Shown one piece after another: positions 12,140 to 25,059 of a stretch of DNA of 64,000 nt. Source of the DNA: Eledone cirrhosa (taxonomy: Eukaryota). The notes below the pieces were generated by a model. The model saw nothing but the letters and a program-made list of their open reading frames with translations. It had not been told where the DNA came from and did not search any database. The stretch spans positions 209,436,001 through 209,500,000 of the forward strand of contig OZ024740.1 of NCBI GenBank assembly GCA_964016885.1, in the 5' to 3' direction. The number at the start of each line of letters is the position of its first letter. Positions within the stretch are counted from its first letter, which is position 1. The translations under genes and the position numbers were made by a program.

Positions 12140-13350
12140 TAAGGCCAGCAAATTTGGTGAAATGGGCGAGGTTCTCTAAGAGCTCAAGGCTGGCATCTCT
12201 GGCCGACAAGGAGACACCATCCTTGAGGTGCTGAGGTCGAAGACCATCAATCCCAGCAGCAGAACCCTCCGGAAAGGATATTATCACCTTCCTGACGATA
12301 GCTGGAGTGAAACCAGGTTGCAAATGACCTGGTGGATCAGGCCAGTGTAAGTGGTCATCCGGAGGAGCCAGAGGATATTTAACTCTGTCAGTTGAGAGAC
12401 TGTAGTGCACTGGGTGAGGGATGACAGAGGAGAGGAGGCGAACAGCCTCTTTAATATCAAATTCATTGAATTTAGCATTGACGGCCTTCTTTAAGTTTGG
12501 CGATCAACCAGTGGCTGGAATTGAGTTGATCGCTAACCTGAGATGAACAGTAATTGGGGTTGAATCAAACAACTCAAACTGTCGTTTTAGGGAGGATGTG
12601 AGGGATCTGGATTTCATGTTGGACACATGGAGAGAGACTAAGGGGAACAAGAATAGTTTCTGCCAATCCAAGATGTTGTTGGATAGGCAGATGTTTTTCA
12701 GTAGCTTGGAGAGAGCATGGGTGAAACTAGACTGAGCTCCCTTTGGGATCCTGCTGATGAGTTTTAACTTAGACAAGTCCCGGAGATCAGCGGCAAAGTT
12801 AGGTTCAGACTTGCAAAGGGAATCGGAACTGAAGTGACATTGGTTACATGTCCAGTTTGAGAAACTTTCAGTTTGAATCTTAGTAATGCCAACACAGTTC
12901 CTGTGGTAGTTTAGACAGCAGGATCTGTCTAAACTACCACGAGTGGTTTGGGAGCAGAGGGCGCAGTTTGGCGGTGAATTGGCAACATCTGAGGAGTCAA
13001 CATTAGAATTAGGGTTCAGATGGGGGGAAGATGGTGGGGGTAGGTTAATGATATAGATAGAAGGGGGACCCAGGTGATCAGCGTTACCCCTGGCAGTGGG
13101 ACTCGGTTGGGGAGAAGTTGACGTTGGAGGCAAGCTAGCTGTTACGGGAGTTGTGGGGTGGATGACAGAACCAGTAGAACTAATTTCGATAGAATCCAAC
13201 GATGGGGTGGGAGGGGAGAGGTAGAGGGATGCAAGTTAGTTCCCTTGGAATGAGGCGTGGGTGTTGGGGAACGGGGGGATGAAGGCTGATAGGATGTGAC
13301 GAAATCCTTTAACCATATGGGTCTCCTGGTCACTCGGCGAATGACCATAA
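12140..13350 (-). mobile_element. CRE-clade (RLE-type) non-LTR retrotransposon, N-terminal fragment with PHD-like finger
   Basis: RIPKGAQSSFTHALSKLL..NNILDWQKLFLFP, DIKEAVRLLSS and SFPEGSAAGIDGLRPQHLKD are pre-RT motifs of CRE-like elements; frameshifted. Confidence 0.75.
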
Positions 13351-15400
13351 AATAATTGACATATTTTCTTATTTAGTACACGTATGTATAAAATACATGT
13401 CAGTTTCATGAGGAGATAAATCGCCTCCATCCTTTTGAAAAAATGAGTCTATAAATCCTGGAAAACTGTAAATCCGGTATTGAAAAAAAAACACACTTTT
13501 ATTTTACTCCGCTTTTCAAATTAGATGGTACGACGGTTTAGTTATATTCAAATATTGTAAGCGCGTCCATTGAGAATATCGTTAAGATGTATGAGAAAAT
13601 GTAAACAAATATTTATATTCCAGACAGAAATGTTAATTTTTATATAATTATCTGCTGGTGGATTTAGTATTTCGCTCTATATCTTAACTGAACTTTCTGG
13701 GTTATCACCGCTATGAAATTCAGTTTCTACAATTTCTTATGTTGCTAAACTGCCAAGCTATTTCGTCCGATTAAATTCTGGTTTCAAACATTTCTTGACA
13801 GTTTTCTATAAACTTTTCTGACTATCATTTCTTTTGAGAAGATGTGTATTTTCAATCCATTTGTTTCGTTTTTGTATGAGAAGGGCTTCAAAAATTCTGT
13901 GTACGTTTGCTGGATATTTCTTTCTGTTCGGCCGTAAAATTTACATTTTGTATTAATTTTCGATCTTTTGGTCTTGTGTTAAGTAAAATATAGTTGTGTT
14001 TCAGTTTTTTCATCTACTTTGTTAAGAGTTCATAAAATCGATCCATTCGTTATAGACTTTGCACTTATTTTCGTTCAATCAGTCCAAACTTGGTAATGGG
14101 ATTATTGACGCCGCCATCTTTGATACTTGGCGTTGGACGTGTTTGAGAAAAGAAAAAAATAACTTCTTTACCGTGTTGTTATCACCTTTGCGATTGTTTG
14201 ACTTACAATTTTTGGATAAAATTACATAAAAGTAATAAAGAATTTAATATTTAGTCAAACAAAGAAAAGGAAAGTAACATTGCAAAAGACTATTAGAGGT
14301 AGAGGGCAACGAAAGAAAGGGGGCGGGGCTGACAGACTCTACACAAAAGTCAGAGTGGTATTTCGGTTGCACCTTAGGGACAGGGACCAGTAACACCAGT
14401 TGTGACTGATATAACCGCTGTCCCCATGATGTTTTACACAAATGAAACGGATTTTTAAACGTGTTCCTTTATTTCGCCATCTTAATTTTTTTAAAATATT
14501 AAATAGAAACATCCTGTTAATACCGCAGTGGTATTTTATCTGACCCTGCCCCCATCTCATCAGCTGATTGGTATGTCGTCATCCACCAATCAATATACTA
14601 CAACCTCTAGCCCACAGGTGTATTGTCTCTTCCTTCTACTATAATGGTATCTATTCGGAAGGAGCTGATTACGTAACACCTCCACTTAGCTTGCCTGTCT
14701 CTTTTCGTCTCACTACCTATTTAGTGTTTCGCCTCTCAAGCTCCGTACTAGCCACTTTACCTAAGCCTGAGTGCCAGCTCTTCTCCATCTATATTTTTCC
14801 TGCAGATGTTCACTCTAACCACCAACTGTTTCGAAGAGCCTGTGAAGATCATGTGCGTAGACCTTTCCTTCTGACTAATCTCCTCCACCCCGACAGTTTA
14901 ATACCTATTTTAACTATTCCTGAAAAATGGTCGGATTTGAACACAAAACGCAGAGTGACATAACTACTTATTTCCCGCAGGTACAAAAAGTTTGCTAAAA
15001 TGGAATAAATTATTTTGCCATATTGCTGGTGCCATCATTTCTTAAAGGAGCCCTTTCATTACGCCAGTATCATGCGGACATTTTAACAGGGGTGGGGTGG
15101 GGGGAGGAGTTAGTACCCCACCTTCGAGTTTTGAATCACATTAGCTAAATATATTAACGCTGCTCATTTAAATTTCAATATCCAGTTGAATCTATTAACA
15201 GCTTCCGGATTTTCCGTGTTCTCATATTTTTCTTTTCTTTTCTTTTTAATCAACCAAAAACATTAAGTATTTCGTTTCTCCACTTAAGTTGTTATTATGA
15301 CTAACTTTTCAACGTGAGAGCCGTGTATTCTGTGACAGTTAACGTGTCTCCACCCTAACTCCTCTCAATCACAACAGCACTGTTACAACTCACGACCCAC
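13350..15400. promoter_or_regulatory. CpG-retaining, TE-poor zone; putative promoter/5' region
   Basis: Abrupt rise in CpG relative to the flanks; YY1-type CGCCGCCATCTT at ~14110 and CGCCATCTT at ~14475; CCAAT-type CTGATTGG at ~14564. Confidence 0.45.
14590..14880 (+). mobile_element. old CR1/Jockey-group LINE C-terminal remnant
   Basis: ILQPLAHRCIVSSFYYNGIYSE resembles LQPLxHRRxVASLSLFYRYYxGxCSxE; a similar 3' remnant lies at ~2100-2380. Confidence 0.5.
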
Positions 15401-15825
15401 TCTCTAGCCCCAACTCATTTTTCAGAGAGCCCCTCCCCCACCGAACTTTTCTTTCCTTCCTCTTTTATTTTCTCTCTCTTTTTCTCTTTGACAAATAGCT
15501 CCTCATTCGTTCCATGACTCATACAATCATGTTACATAAGTTTGTTGTATTCCTTTTGTAAAGAAGAAGGAAAGTGGAGGGAAAAGATTACTCTGTACAC
15601 CAATTTGGCAAGAAAGTGCTATCACTGGCTGTAGTATTTTTAACTGTTTATTCTGTGAGGTTGTGTAATGTACTGTTTTATTTACAAGGTTGGATCTGTT
15701 TTGGAGACCTTGCAATCACTTTTGATACGTGGGTCGGGGGGGAGGAACGGGATGTACCGAGAGCATCAGAAATGTTTCCCCATTGTATCCACACCCTGTC
15801 TCTACCTCTACCTCTCTCACACACA

Positions 15826-15901
15826 CAGGGTGTCCCGAAAATGTATACATACTTCAACAGCATTCTAGTCAAAGTGTGTATACGTTTTTGGGGACACACT
15901 A
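15826..15901. mobile_element. 76-bp Tc1/mariner-type mini-MITE
   Basis: CAGGGTGTCCCGAAAATGTATACATACTT pairs with AAGTGTGTATACGTTTTTGGGGACACACTA; abuts (TA)n. Confidence 0.7.
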
Positions 15902-16519
15902 TATATATATATATATGTGTGTGTGTGTATGTGTGCACGCGTATATATATGCATGTGTGTATGTGTGCACGCGTATATATATATGTGTGTATGTATGTAT
16001 ATATGTGTATATATTGTATATCTCTCTATGTATGTATTCATACATAAGTAATAATTTTCCTTTCAAACGTATTGAAAACATGACTGCTATAGTTTGATGA
16101 TTTTTATTAAGGGCTTTTCTTATTCCCTTATTAGTTCTTTATCCTTTGGAAGAATAGTTTCTTAAATCTTTTCACCGATTCTTCAGAATCAGAATGGTCA
16201 CATTAATGGCGTATTGGTCACGTACTTAACAATAGTTAAAGGATCACGGTAGTGCTATGAAACCAAAGATGTTTGATTTAAGATATCTCGATGGTTGAAG
16301 CAGTTATTAAAATTAGTTTCACATATGCTGTATTTGTACACTAGGTTAACTTTGCCTTTCATCCTTACGGGGTCGATAAAATAAAGTACCAGTAATATAC
16401 TGGGATAATTGCTGGCCTTGTGCCAAAAGTAGAAACAATTATAATGTTATACAAAACAATGTGAATAATCATGGAGGCTTTACTAATATCAAAATATAAA
16501 GCAAAAACTAACATGCAGA

Positions 16520-17340
16520 TACAGCAGAGAGGACTGGGTTACTGTGGCTGATGATGCGCAGACTTGTGCTGAGGCTACAACATCTCCAGATTTTCCGAGA
16601 TGGTGAACAGGCGTGGTTGCCTTTCTCTAGGTACCTTTTTCTCCAGCTCTCTCTTTAATGGAGCTGCAATCCAGGGTCAAGCTGAGACCGAGAGGGAGCG
16701 CTTGGAAACTGGAATGTCTCCAAGCACTCACTGCCCTCAGCCAATCGGAGATTATGATCGGTAGAAACTCCACCTTGGCGTTCTATAGAGGGCTAGTGGA
16801 GGGAAAGAGTTATGACAATATCCTTGGGGAAACTCTGGGTGTCAATGAAAGCTCACTGGCTATTATCTTCTGGCGGACTTTTGGTCCAGAGCCAATGGAT
16901 AACTTCCAGAAATACCTGGTCTGGCAGTGCTACAGGGGAACATTGTTAGTTCAAGATAAACTTTACAAGCATGGAAGTAGCTGTCAGCTGGACCTGTCCA
17001 AGATGTGTGCAGGGCGACGAGACTGTCCTACATGCACTCATCCAGTGTTCAAGTATTGCTGACTTGTGGGTTTATGGCGAACATCTGCTGTCGCGTGAAG
17101 AATGGATCTGGCTATCAACTGAGTCCATCATGAAGATTGCTCCACCGCCCTCCTTTAAGCAGGAAGGGCAGGCATTTTTTATCTGTCTGATAGCCATGGT
17201 GAAAGAGATTGTATGGTGGATGTGTCTGAAAGGGTTGAAGACGAGCACTTTCCTCTTTGGTGACGCTCTCATTAACTTTTTCAGGTTTCACTTGAAAAGG
17301 AAAATCAGGTTGGAGAGAGAGAAGTGCTGCTTGCTTTCCG
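16520..17340 (+). mobile_element. L1/Tx1-clade LINE ORF2 C-terminal remnant
   Basis: WQCYRGTL..DKLYKHG, then CPRCVQGDETVLHALIQC..LW (CCHC / zf-RVT-like motif); frameshifted. Confidence 0.75.
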
Positions 17341-20300
17341 AAAAGGGAAGCTGGGTTGTTATTTAGCCAGCTCTGGAAACTCTTTCAGATAGTATCTAGT
17401 GCTCCTATTATGATGTGGATGATGTTGATCTCATGACAGACCCAAATCCTTTTCAGTTCCCACTTTAGATCCTGTTAAACCAGAGAGAGAAGGACAGTGT
17501 TCATGGTCTGTTTCAGTGCCTCCAAGACAGTTGGATGAGGACATCTTTTAACAGAGATCTGGCTAGCAGGCTTGAAACATAGCAAACTCTGTTAAAGGCA
17601 CCCAAAGAATATGTGGTGGTTTTAAACCAGATAATGGATTAAGTCTATCACCCAAGTAATAAGCCACATCAGGATTTGAACTCAGGACAAAGAACCAGAA
17701 GAAATAGTGGAAGGCATCTCATCTGACATTCTAACATTTCCACCAATTCATTACCTTGGACTGGTACTTTATTTTATTTATTCTAAAAGGATAAAAAGCA
17801 ATGTTTTACCTCATTGGGATCTTATCTCAAAGTGAAGAGACCCAAAACAAATACTGAAATACTGCAAGGCATTTTGTACTACACGCTAATGAATCTGTTA
17901 ATTTGCCAACTTTTTATCCTCCAAGGTCAACCTTGGATTTCATCTTTCTTGAGTCAATATAATCAACTGTTCTCATCCAACTAAATTTCTGGCCTTGCAC
18001 CTATGTTAGAAAATGGTAATTGTTCTGGCTTATTGTGCTTTGAATTCAAATCTCTCCAAGGTCAACTTTTTGACTTTTATCTTTTCAAGGATCAGTAACA
18101 ATGTACCAGTACTAGTATCAGGCATTAGATTAGTGGAATAGTTAAAACATTGGACAAGATGCCTTGTATTATTTGTACCAGCTATTTGTATTCTGAGTTT
18201 TAACACTACCACTTGGTTCTTGAGGTCATTAGCTCCTTTGACATTAAACTGCTTGAAACTACCCTGGATTTATAGTACAAAACTGCTCATTCTAAAATGT
18301 CTATATTTATATGAAAGTCTTTCATCATAATTTTATTTGAGAAATTTTTATTAAGTAAACTGATGAAAGACTTAGTTATTTTATTAAATTCCTCCAAATG
18401 TTTGGTTATTTTCAAAATTAATTGAAACACATAAACAGTGTATTTCATTAGAAATATAATAATGGGTTAGTGGAGTTCAGGCTGTTGCAATGCTCTAAAA
18501 AATAAAGAGATATGGCTGTTGCCTTCCCCTTTCCAACTAAACAATTTTAAAATGTCAAATAGTTGTGAAAATATTTTCACCATTGGTTCTCGATGTTTTA
18601 AAGAAATCCTTTCAAGACATTTAAAAAAAATTGATTCATATATCTCTCAGCATATATGAACGATATATGTGTTTATGTGTATATTAATTGAACCTTCGTC
18701 AGTTCTGACAACATGTGTTTCAGTAGTTTGACAGCTTGCTTGTAGAGTTAACATGTATTTGGCTGAGCATTCCTCAGACATATGTACTCATTGAGATTCA
18801 GATTGACACATTGTGTGACAAAGCTGGCCTTTTGAACTACTGCCATAACTCAATTTTTCCAGCTGAGTGAGCTGGAGTAATCTGAAATAAAGGGTCTTGC
18901 TCAAGGACACAACATGCCTCCAGAAATTAAACTCATGACCTTGCAATTATGAGCTGAACACTCTAACCACTTAGTCACATGCCCTCACTGACAACAGATA
19001 ACTAATAAACATGCTATCAATGAAGTTGCTTGACATGCTAGAAATAGCCTCAAAATCTCCTTCATGTATATATACCCTACTGTGCTAAAAATAAAAAAAG
19101 GAATGGCGTGCATCTGTCATTTCCGATAATGTAGGAGCAGCAACATTATTCATCAATAGTCAATACATCTAACCAGAGTTTACCTCTGTTGGAGAACATG
19201 ATTGATGGTCAAGACGAGATAATGATTATCCTAGCCGGAACTGGTTTAAGCCACCTTGGGTGGTCCTTGCTAAAGAGAAAATAAATTGGTTAATGTAACC
19301 TATAACAGAAATAAAGCTGCAATAGTCTGTTTGATCAAGTTTGAAATGGAGCTAGGTTGAATAGTTAAGGAGTTTGCTTCACAATCATCAGGTCCTGGGT
19401 TTGATCCCACTGTGAGGTATTTTGAGCAAGTGTCATTTACCTTATCTTCGGATTGACTCAAGCCTTGTGAGTAAAATTGGAAAGATGGAAACTGTTTGGA
19501 AGCTTGTTGGATGGACTGTACCTGTAATTCAAAGGACCATCTTATCACACAAAATGTCACCCTGAAACTCCCTGAGAATTATATTAAGGCTATGCGCTGT
19601 AAATGTGGTTAGCATTAGGAAGGGCATCCAGCCATAGAAACTAAGTCAGAAACAGTTCTGTATGAGCAAGACACGGTCATCTGATCTGACTTGTCTCACA
19701 TCAGGACAACTCGTCTAACTCATGATAGCATAGAAAATGGACATTATATGATGATGATGATATCTGTGAACTGCTCAGTCACTCATACATTAATTTCAGA
19801 AGCAGGCTGTACAATTAATTGAACAACTGGAACACTCATCGTTGAAACTGATGGAGGTCCATTCATTCTAGAATCATGGATGAAGTGTTTAGTTCTGTTA
19901 TCATCATCATTATTTTCTTTCCATCTTTAATGCTGGCATGGGCTGGACAGGTTGTCTCGGTCTGACACTAAACAAGTTAGAGAGACCCCATCTTGCTCGT
20001 GCATTCGATATTTGGCATAGTTTCTACAGAGTGCACTGGGTGCATTATATCATGGCACTAGCACAACCACTTTACAGAGTGTACAGGGTGCATTTTATTG
20101 CAGCACTAACACTAGAGAGGGTGTTATATGCTCAGCCAGATGCGAAGAGTCCTGTTTACCTTATATAGTCTCTGTTTTGATGATTCACAAACATTTATTT
20201 ACAATAGTTTATGACTTTGCCTATTAATCCATATGATTAACCACATTACAGAGTGTACTGGGTGCTTTCTATTCTGGCACCAATATAGTCTTGGTGAGTT

Positions 20301-20574
20301 CCTTGAGCCAGAAGTCATCTTGTACACTGCAGGTTAAGGGATCTCTCCACTTCATATAGTCTCCTATCTTTCGCCATATTTACTTTGAGAGTTGCAGTGT
20401 TTGTATTGGTTGGCGGGTCTTTTGTAGTACGCAAATTGCCAGTCAACTCAGTCCTACGTCATCTCCTTCTGTAGTTTTCTGTTCTTTTCTATATTTTCTT
20501 CTTAGAATAATAGCACGAACTATCGTATTTCATAGCAAATAATCCAAAGACGAGAAATAGAAAGAAAAAAAGTT

Positions 20575-21060
20575 ACTAATGGTTTTTACTTTAGGCAAAA
20601 GGCCAACAATGTTTTAGAAGAAAAATAAGTTGAATAAATCAACCACAGTTTTTCACTGGTACTTTATTTTATCAACCCCAGAAGGATGAAAGGCAAAGTT
20701 GACTTTGGTGGGATTTAAACACAGAATGCAGAGGGCCAGAATAAACGCTGTAATAATAATTGTTTCTACTTTAGGCACAAGGCCAGCAATTACCCAGTAC
20801 ATTACTGGTACTTTATTTTATCGACCCCATAAGGATGAAAGGCAAAGTTAACCTCGGTGGGATTTGAACTCAGAATGGCAAGGGCCGTAACTATGCGTCA
20901 AAGCATGGCGTCCGACCCTCTACCGATACTGCCAATCCAGTAATAATAATTATTTCTAATTTAAGCTCAAGACCTGCAATTTATTGGGTGGGGAAAGTCA
21001 ATTATACTGGACCCCCCCCCCCCCCCAATACTTGACTGATACTTTATTTTATCAGCCTTG
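20575..21060 (-). mobile_element. cluster of SINE family A copies (young full copy 20752-20940)
   Basis: Three same-orientation copies; gtaataataatt flanks the middle copy on both sides. Confidence 0.85.
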
Positions 21061-21476
21061 CATGGCTTAGACGAGATGTTATATTCTGATCTAGACTGGT
21101 CAGGTGACTATATCTTGCTTGTACATTCAGTTTTCAGCATGGTTTTTATGGCTGAATGCCTTTCCTAATGCTAACCACTTTACAGCATCTACTGGGTGTA
21201 TTTTATCATGGCAGCAGCACTACCACTTTACAAAGTGGACTGGGTGTTTTTTATAGTGGCACCAGCTTAACAACTTTATAGAATGAGCTGGCAGATTTTA
21301 ATGTTGCACCAGCACTACCCCATTACAACAAGCTGAGGAAAGTAGTGCTGGGAATGAGAGTGGCAGGCAGGCAACATATTGCTTGCCTGGGAAAGGGGTC
21401 ATCCCACTGTGGGAGTGGAAGTGTTGGGTTGTGGAGATGGCCTTAAAGTATGTGTGATGTCTGGCATTATATAATG

Positions 21477-21619
21477 GTTTCTGATTTAGGCACAAGGCCA
21501 GCAATTTCCGGGAAGGGGAAAATCGATTAAATCAACCCCAGTGCATTACTGGTACTTTACTTTATCGGTCCCTTAAGGATGAAAGGCAAAGCTAACCTCG
21601 GTGGGATTTGAACTAAGAA
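21477..21619 (-). mobile_element. 5'-truncated SINE family A with 16-bp TSD
   Basis: ctggcattatataatg at 21461-21476 and 21620-21635. Confidence 0.9.
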
Positions 21620-22284
21620 CTGGCATTATATAATGAGGTGTGCTCAGTATTTCCATGTTGATATGGATTAGCTGGGTGTGTGTGTGTAAAGGGTGACATG
21701 CCATGTGTTGGTAGATCAGGTTTGTGAATGTTTCAGAGAACTGGCATAGGTTGGACAGGGAAAGTGAATTGGTGATGTGAGTGTAAGGAAAAGCACATGG
21801 TATGTATGTGCATGTGTGTGGAAATGGGACACCTTATCTTTCTATGCTGGAATAAGTTGGATAAGGAAAGGTGTAAGAAGGATGTTAGTGAGGAAAGCCG
21901 TGTCATGTAGAGGTTTGGTGATGCTTGGGATCAACTCCATGATTGTATCGTATACCCCTGAAACTCAAGTATAGTGCCTAATACCGATGAATGTGAGCAA
22001 GGAAGACATTTTAAATATATAAAAACAGATGGAACATGAAATAAACACTTCAAATCTATAATATAAATTTGAGCGACTTCCGTCCGTCACACAATGTGTG
22101 TGTGTTTGTGTAAATGTGTGTAAAAGGAAGGAAGGGGATAGTGAAAAAGCTATTGCAAAACAGTGACTGATGCTCCATTTGCTACGCTGTGTGTTTGTGA
22201 ATGTGTATGTCTGTGAGTGTGTATTTTTGTAAGTGTGTGTGTTTGTGCATTTATATTCATGTACTCATACATAAATGTATGCAT

Positions 22285-22288
<4 letters not shown>

Positions 22289-22363
<75 letters not shown>
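22289..22363. repeat. (CA)n microsatellite
   Basis: Perfect dinucleotide run. Confidence 0.98.
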
Positions 22364-22368
<5 letters not shown>

Positions 22369-22969
22369 GCGTCAGTGTGTGAAAAAAATCCTAGTTAATA
22401 TAGAATTAGATACATAAGGTTTGTCTGAGCATATGTATTAAATTTCAAGTTAACAAATTTCTCAGCCTTTTGATCTGGGAGCAGATTTTGGATGTGCACT
22501 TGAGAAATCTATGTTGGGGCTGTGCTCAGTAGCTGTATTGAATGGAGAATCCTGCATGACTCTGGTTGGATGCCTCCACCACCTACCTCGATATGGTTGC
22601 TTGAGGCCATCACACCCTCTGTATCCCTCACTGTACACCACTTGTGACGAGGGGTATGACTAATGTGGATATTTAGATAGTGAGTGGTGATTAAATAGGA
22701 GGAAGGTGGATGGTAGAGTTAGGAGCATATTGGCAGGTGGGGGCCTAAATGTTATTCCATCATTCTGCTTCTTGAATACCATCCTCTCTATGCTCATTTT
22801 ATACTGCTTGCATGGAAAGGTGAGTCTTCTGTAGTACAGCATGTTGCCAGTCAATTCAATCCTGAAAGGCATTGCTCCCGCTACTTTTCAATGCTACAAT
22901 CTCAGAAATATAAAACAGTTTATAAAAAACGCCCTGAAATATATTTCTTGAGGTTTTAAATAAATTTAA

Positions 22970-23178
22970 CCCTTTAGCGTTTACATTACTATTGTATTTT
23001 CGTGGTAAAGGCTTTATCTCACATAATTATCTCACATAAGATCGAATGTATGAGACGTTAATATAATTTTTTTTGAGAACAATACCTTAATATTGGATGA
23101 GCAGCTGGTTACAGCCGGTTTGAACAGAAAGATGTGAGAGAATTCTGGCCGGATATAGATGGTTTAAATGCTAAAGGG
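22970..23178 (-). mobile_element. TTAA MITE family 1
   Basis: TTAA flanks, TIRs, interior reversed relative to the 9523 copy. Confidence 0.92.
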
Positions 23179-23764
23179 TTAAATAGACATGAAAAACAAG
23201 TCAACCAAAGAACTTGGTCAAACATTTCCCTTGGGAATTACCATATATAGTCGAGGAAAATGTGATAAAATAATTGATTTTAGAGGTGGGGGGGGGGGGT
23301 CAATATTTTGATGATTTTCACCAACTTCAAATTCTACGTCAATAAGTTTTCGATTTTCACCCAGCCAGAATATTTTCAGATACTTTCAAGCACCAACACC
23401 AGATGACAGACCTGATAGTGGACAGTAAAGGAACTGAAATAATTAAGTAAATTGTGCTTGGTCTAGGAACAAAATATTGTAATTGTGGTAGGATTCCAAC
23501 TTCTGATCTTTTATAAACAGTTAAATAAAATGAAATAAATTAGTTTACAGTGAGGAAAATAAAAAAAAACCTAACATTTTTAAAGAGGATCCTTTGTAGT
23601 GTTTATGGTGTTGTGAAAAATGTCCAATTATAAAATATCACAGAATTACTCTCATCAAACAAAGTTAATGTTGTAATGCCTAAATGGAAAAGACAATGTG
23701 AAATATTTGTCAGGTGCTTTGGTATAAGACTGGATAATCAAGTTATAGTTTAACATAGATAGAA

Positions 23765-23915
23765 ACACACAGACACACACACACACACACACACACATAC
23801 ACTCTGTCTCTCTATCCCACACACACATACACTCTCTCTCACACACAGATACACACAGACACATCCACTCACACACACACACTCTGTCTCTTTCTCTCAC
23901 ACACTCACACATACA

Positions 23916-23967
<52 letters not shown>

Positions 23968-23990
23968 CTCTCTCTCACACAGACACAACA
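23765..23990. repeat. compound (CA)n/(CT)n microsatellite
   Basis: Alternating CA and CT runs. Confidence 0.95.
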
Positions 23991-24210
23991 ATCAGCACTT
24001 ATTATTCTTTATGTATACTGTAATTATATAAGTTACCCTTTTACACTTTCATTTAAATTCAATGTCTCATAAATTTTCTCATTAAAAGTCTATTTTGAGT
24101 TTGCAACATTTTTGACAAATTGATCTATATTTAAATTTACTATGAAATGAGTTCATCTTTATTGCACTGACTGTACTAGAATGCACTTGTATTGTGTTCA
24201 GTGATGTTAA

Positions 24211-25041
24211 CCCTTTAGCATTCACATTACTCTATATATACTATTGCATTTTTGTGGTAAAGGCTTTACTTTACATAATATCTTACATAATATCGAATCT
24301 ATGAGATTTTGATATTATTTATAATAATAATAATAATAATAATAATGAAAATATTGTGTACAGTGCTCAGGTGCACTACAACTCATCAAAAGTGTATGTA
24401 TAGTACATAGGGTACTGTACAAACGTCAGGAAAATGAACAGTGCATGAGTCATGATATACACATGTGTGCATGTGTATGGAAGGGGCACATCAGGTGTAG
24501 TTTTGGCGAATTTTGGGAAGCATGAGGGTTTTAAAGGATGCAGTGTCTCGGCAGCTAACAACTGATGCAGGCAGTTTGTTCCATGCTTCAGCAACTCTAA
24601 GTGTGAAAAAATCTTTACAAAAGTCATGGGAGCTGTGCTGTTTCCTGACTTTGTAGGCATGTCCACGTCTGTTAGACACATGGAGATCAAAAAGGTGTTC
24701 AGGGTTGTTGTTGGCGAGATGGTTAATAATTTTACCAAGTCCATTGCCAGACGTCGGAGCTTCAATGAATCCATGCTCAGGGAAGCAAGGCGTTCAAAGT
24801 ATGGTAGGTGTCTGATGGAGTGTATGCGCTTGGTTGCACGTCTCTGAACAGTTTTCAGGAGGTCAATGTTCTGAGTAAGATATGGGTTCCAGACTAATGA
24901 TGCGAACTCCAAATGTGGTCGTACCATAGCTGTTTTGAAAACAATACCTTAATATAAGTATGAGTGGCAGGTTACAGCTGGTTTGAACGGAAAGACGTGA
25001 GAAAATTCTGGCCGGATATGGCCGGTTTAAATGCTAAAGAG
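24211..25041 (-). mobile_element. TTAA MITE family 1 split by a CR1 insertion
   Basis: MITE halves at 24211-24320 and ~24933-25041 with TTAA at both outer ends. Confidence 0.9.
24321..24932 (-). mobile_element. 5'-truncated CR1-clade LINE 3' end with (ATT)n tail
   Basis: VRPHLEFASLVWNP..VQRRATK..YFERL..SLKLRR and RGHAYKVRK..FFTLRVAEAWNKLP..VV..SFK; (TAA)n at 24321-24346. Confidence 0.92.
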
Positions 25042-25059
25042 TTAAGCTACCATAAAGCC

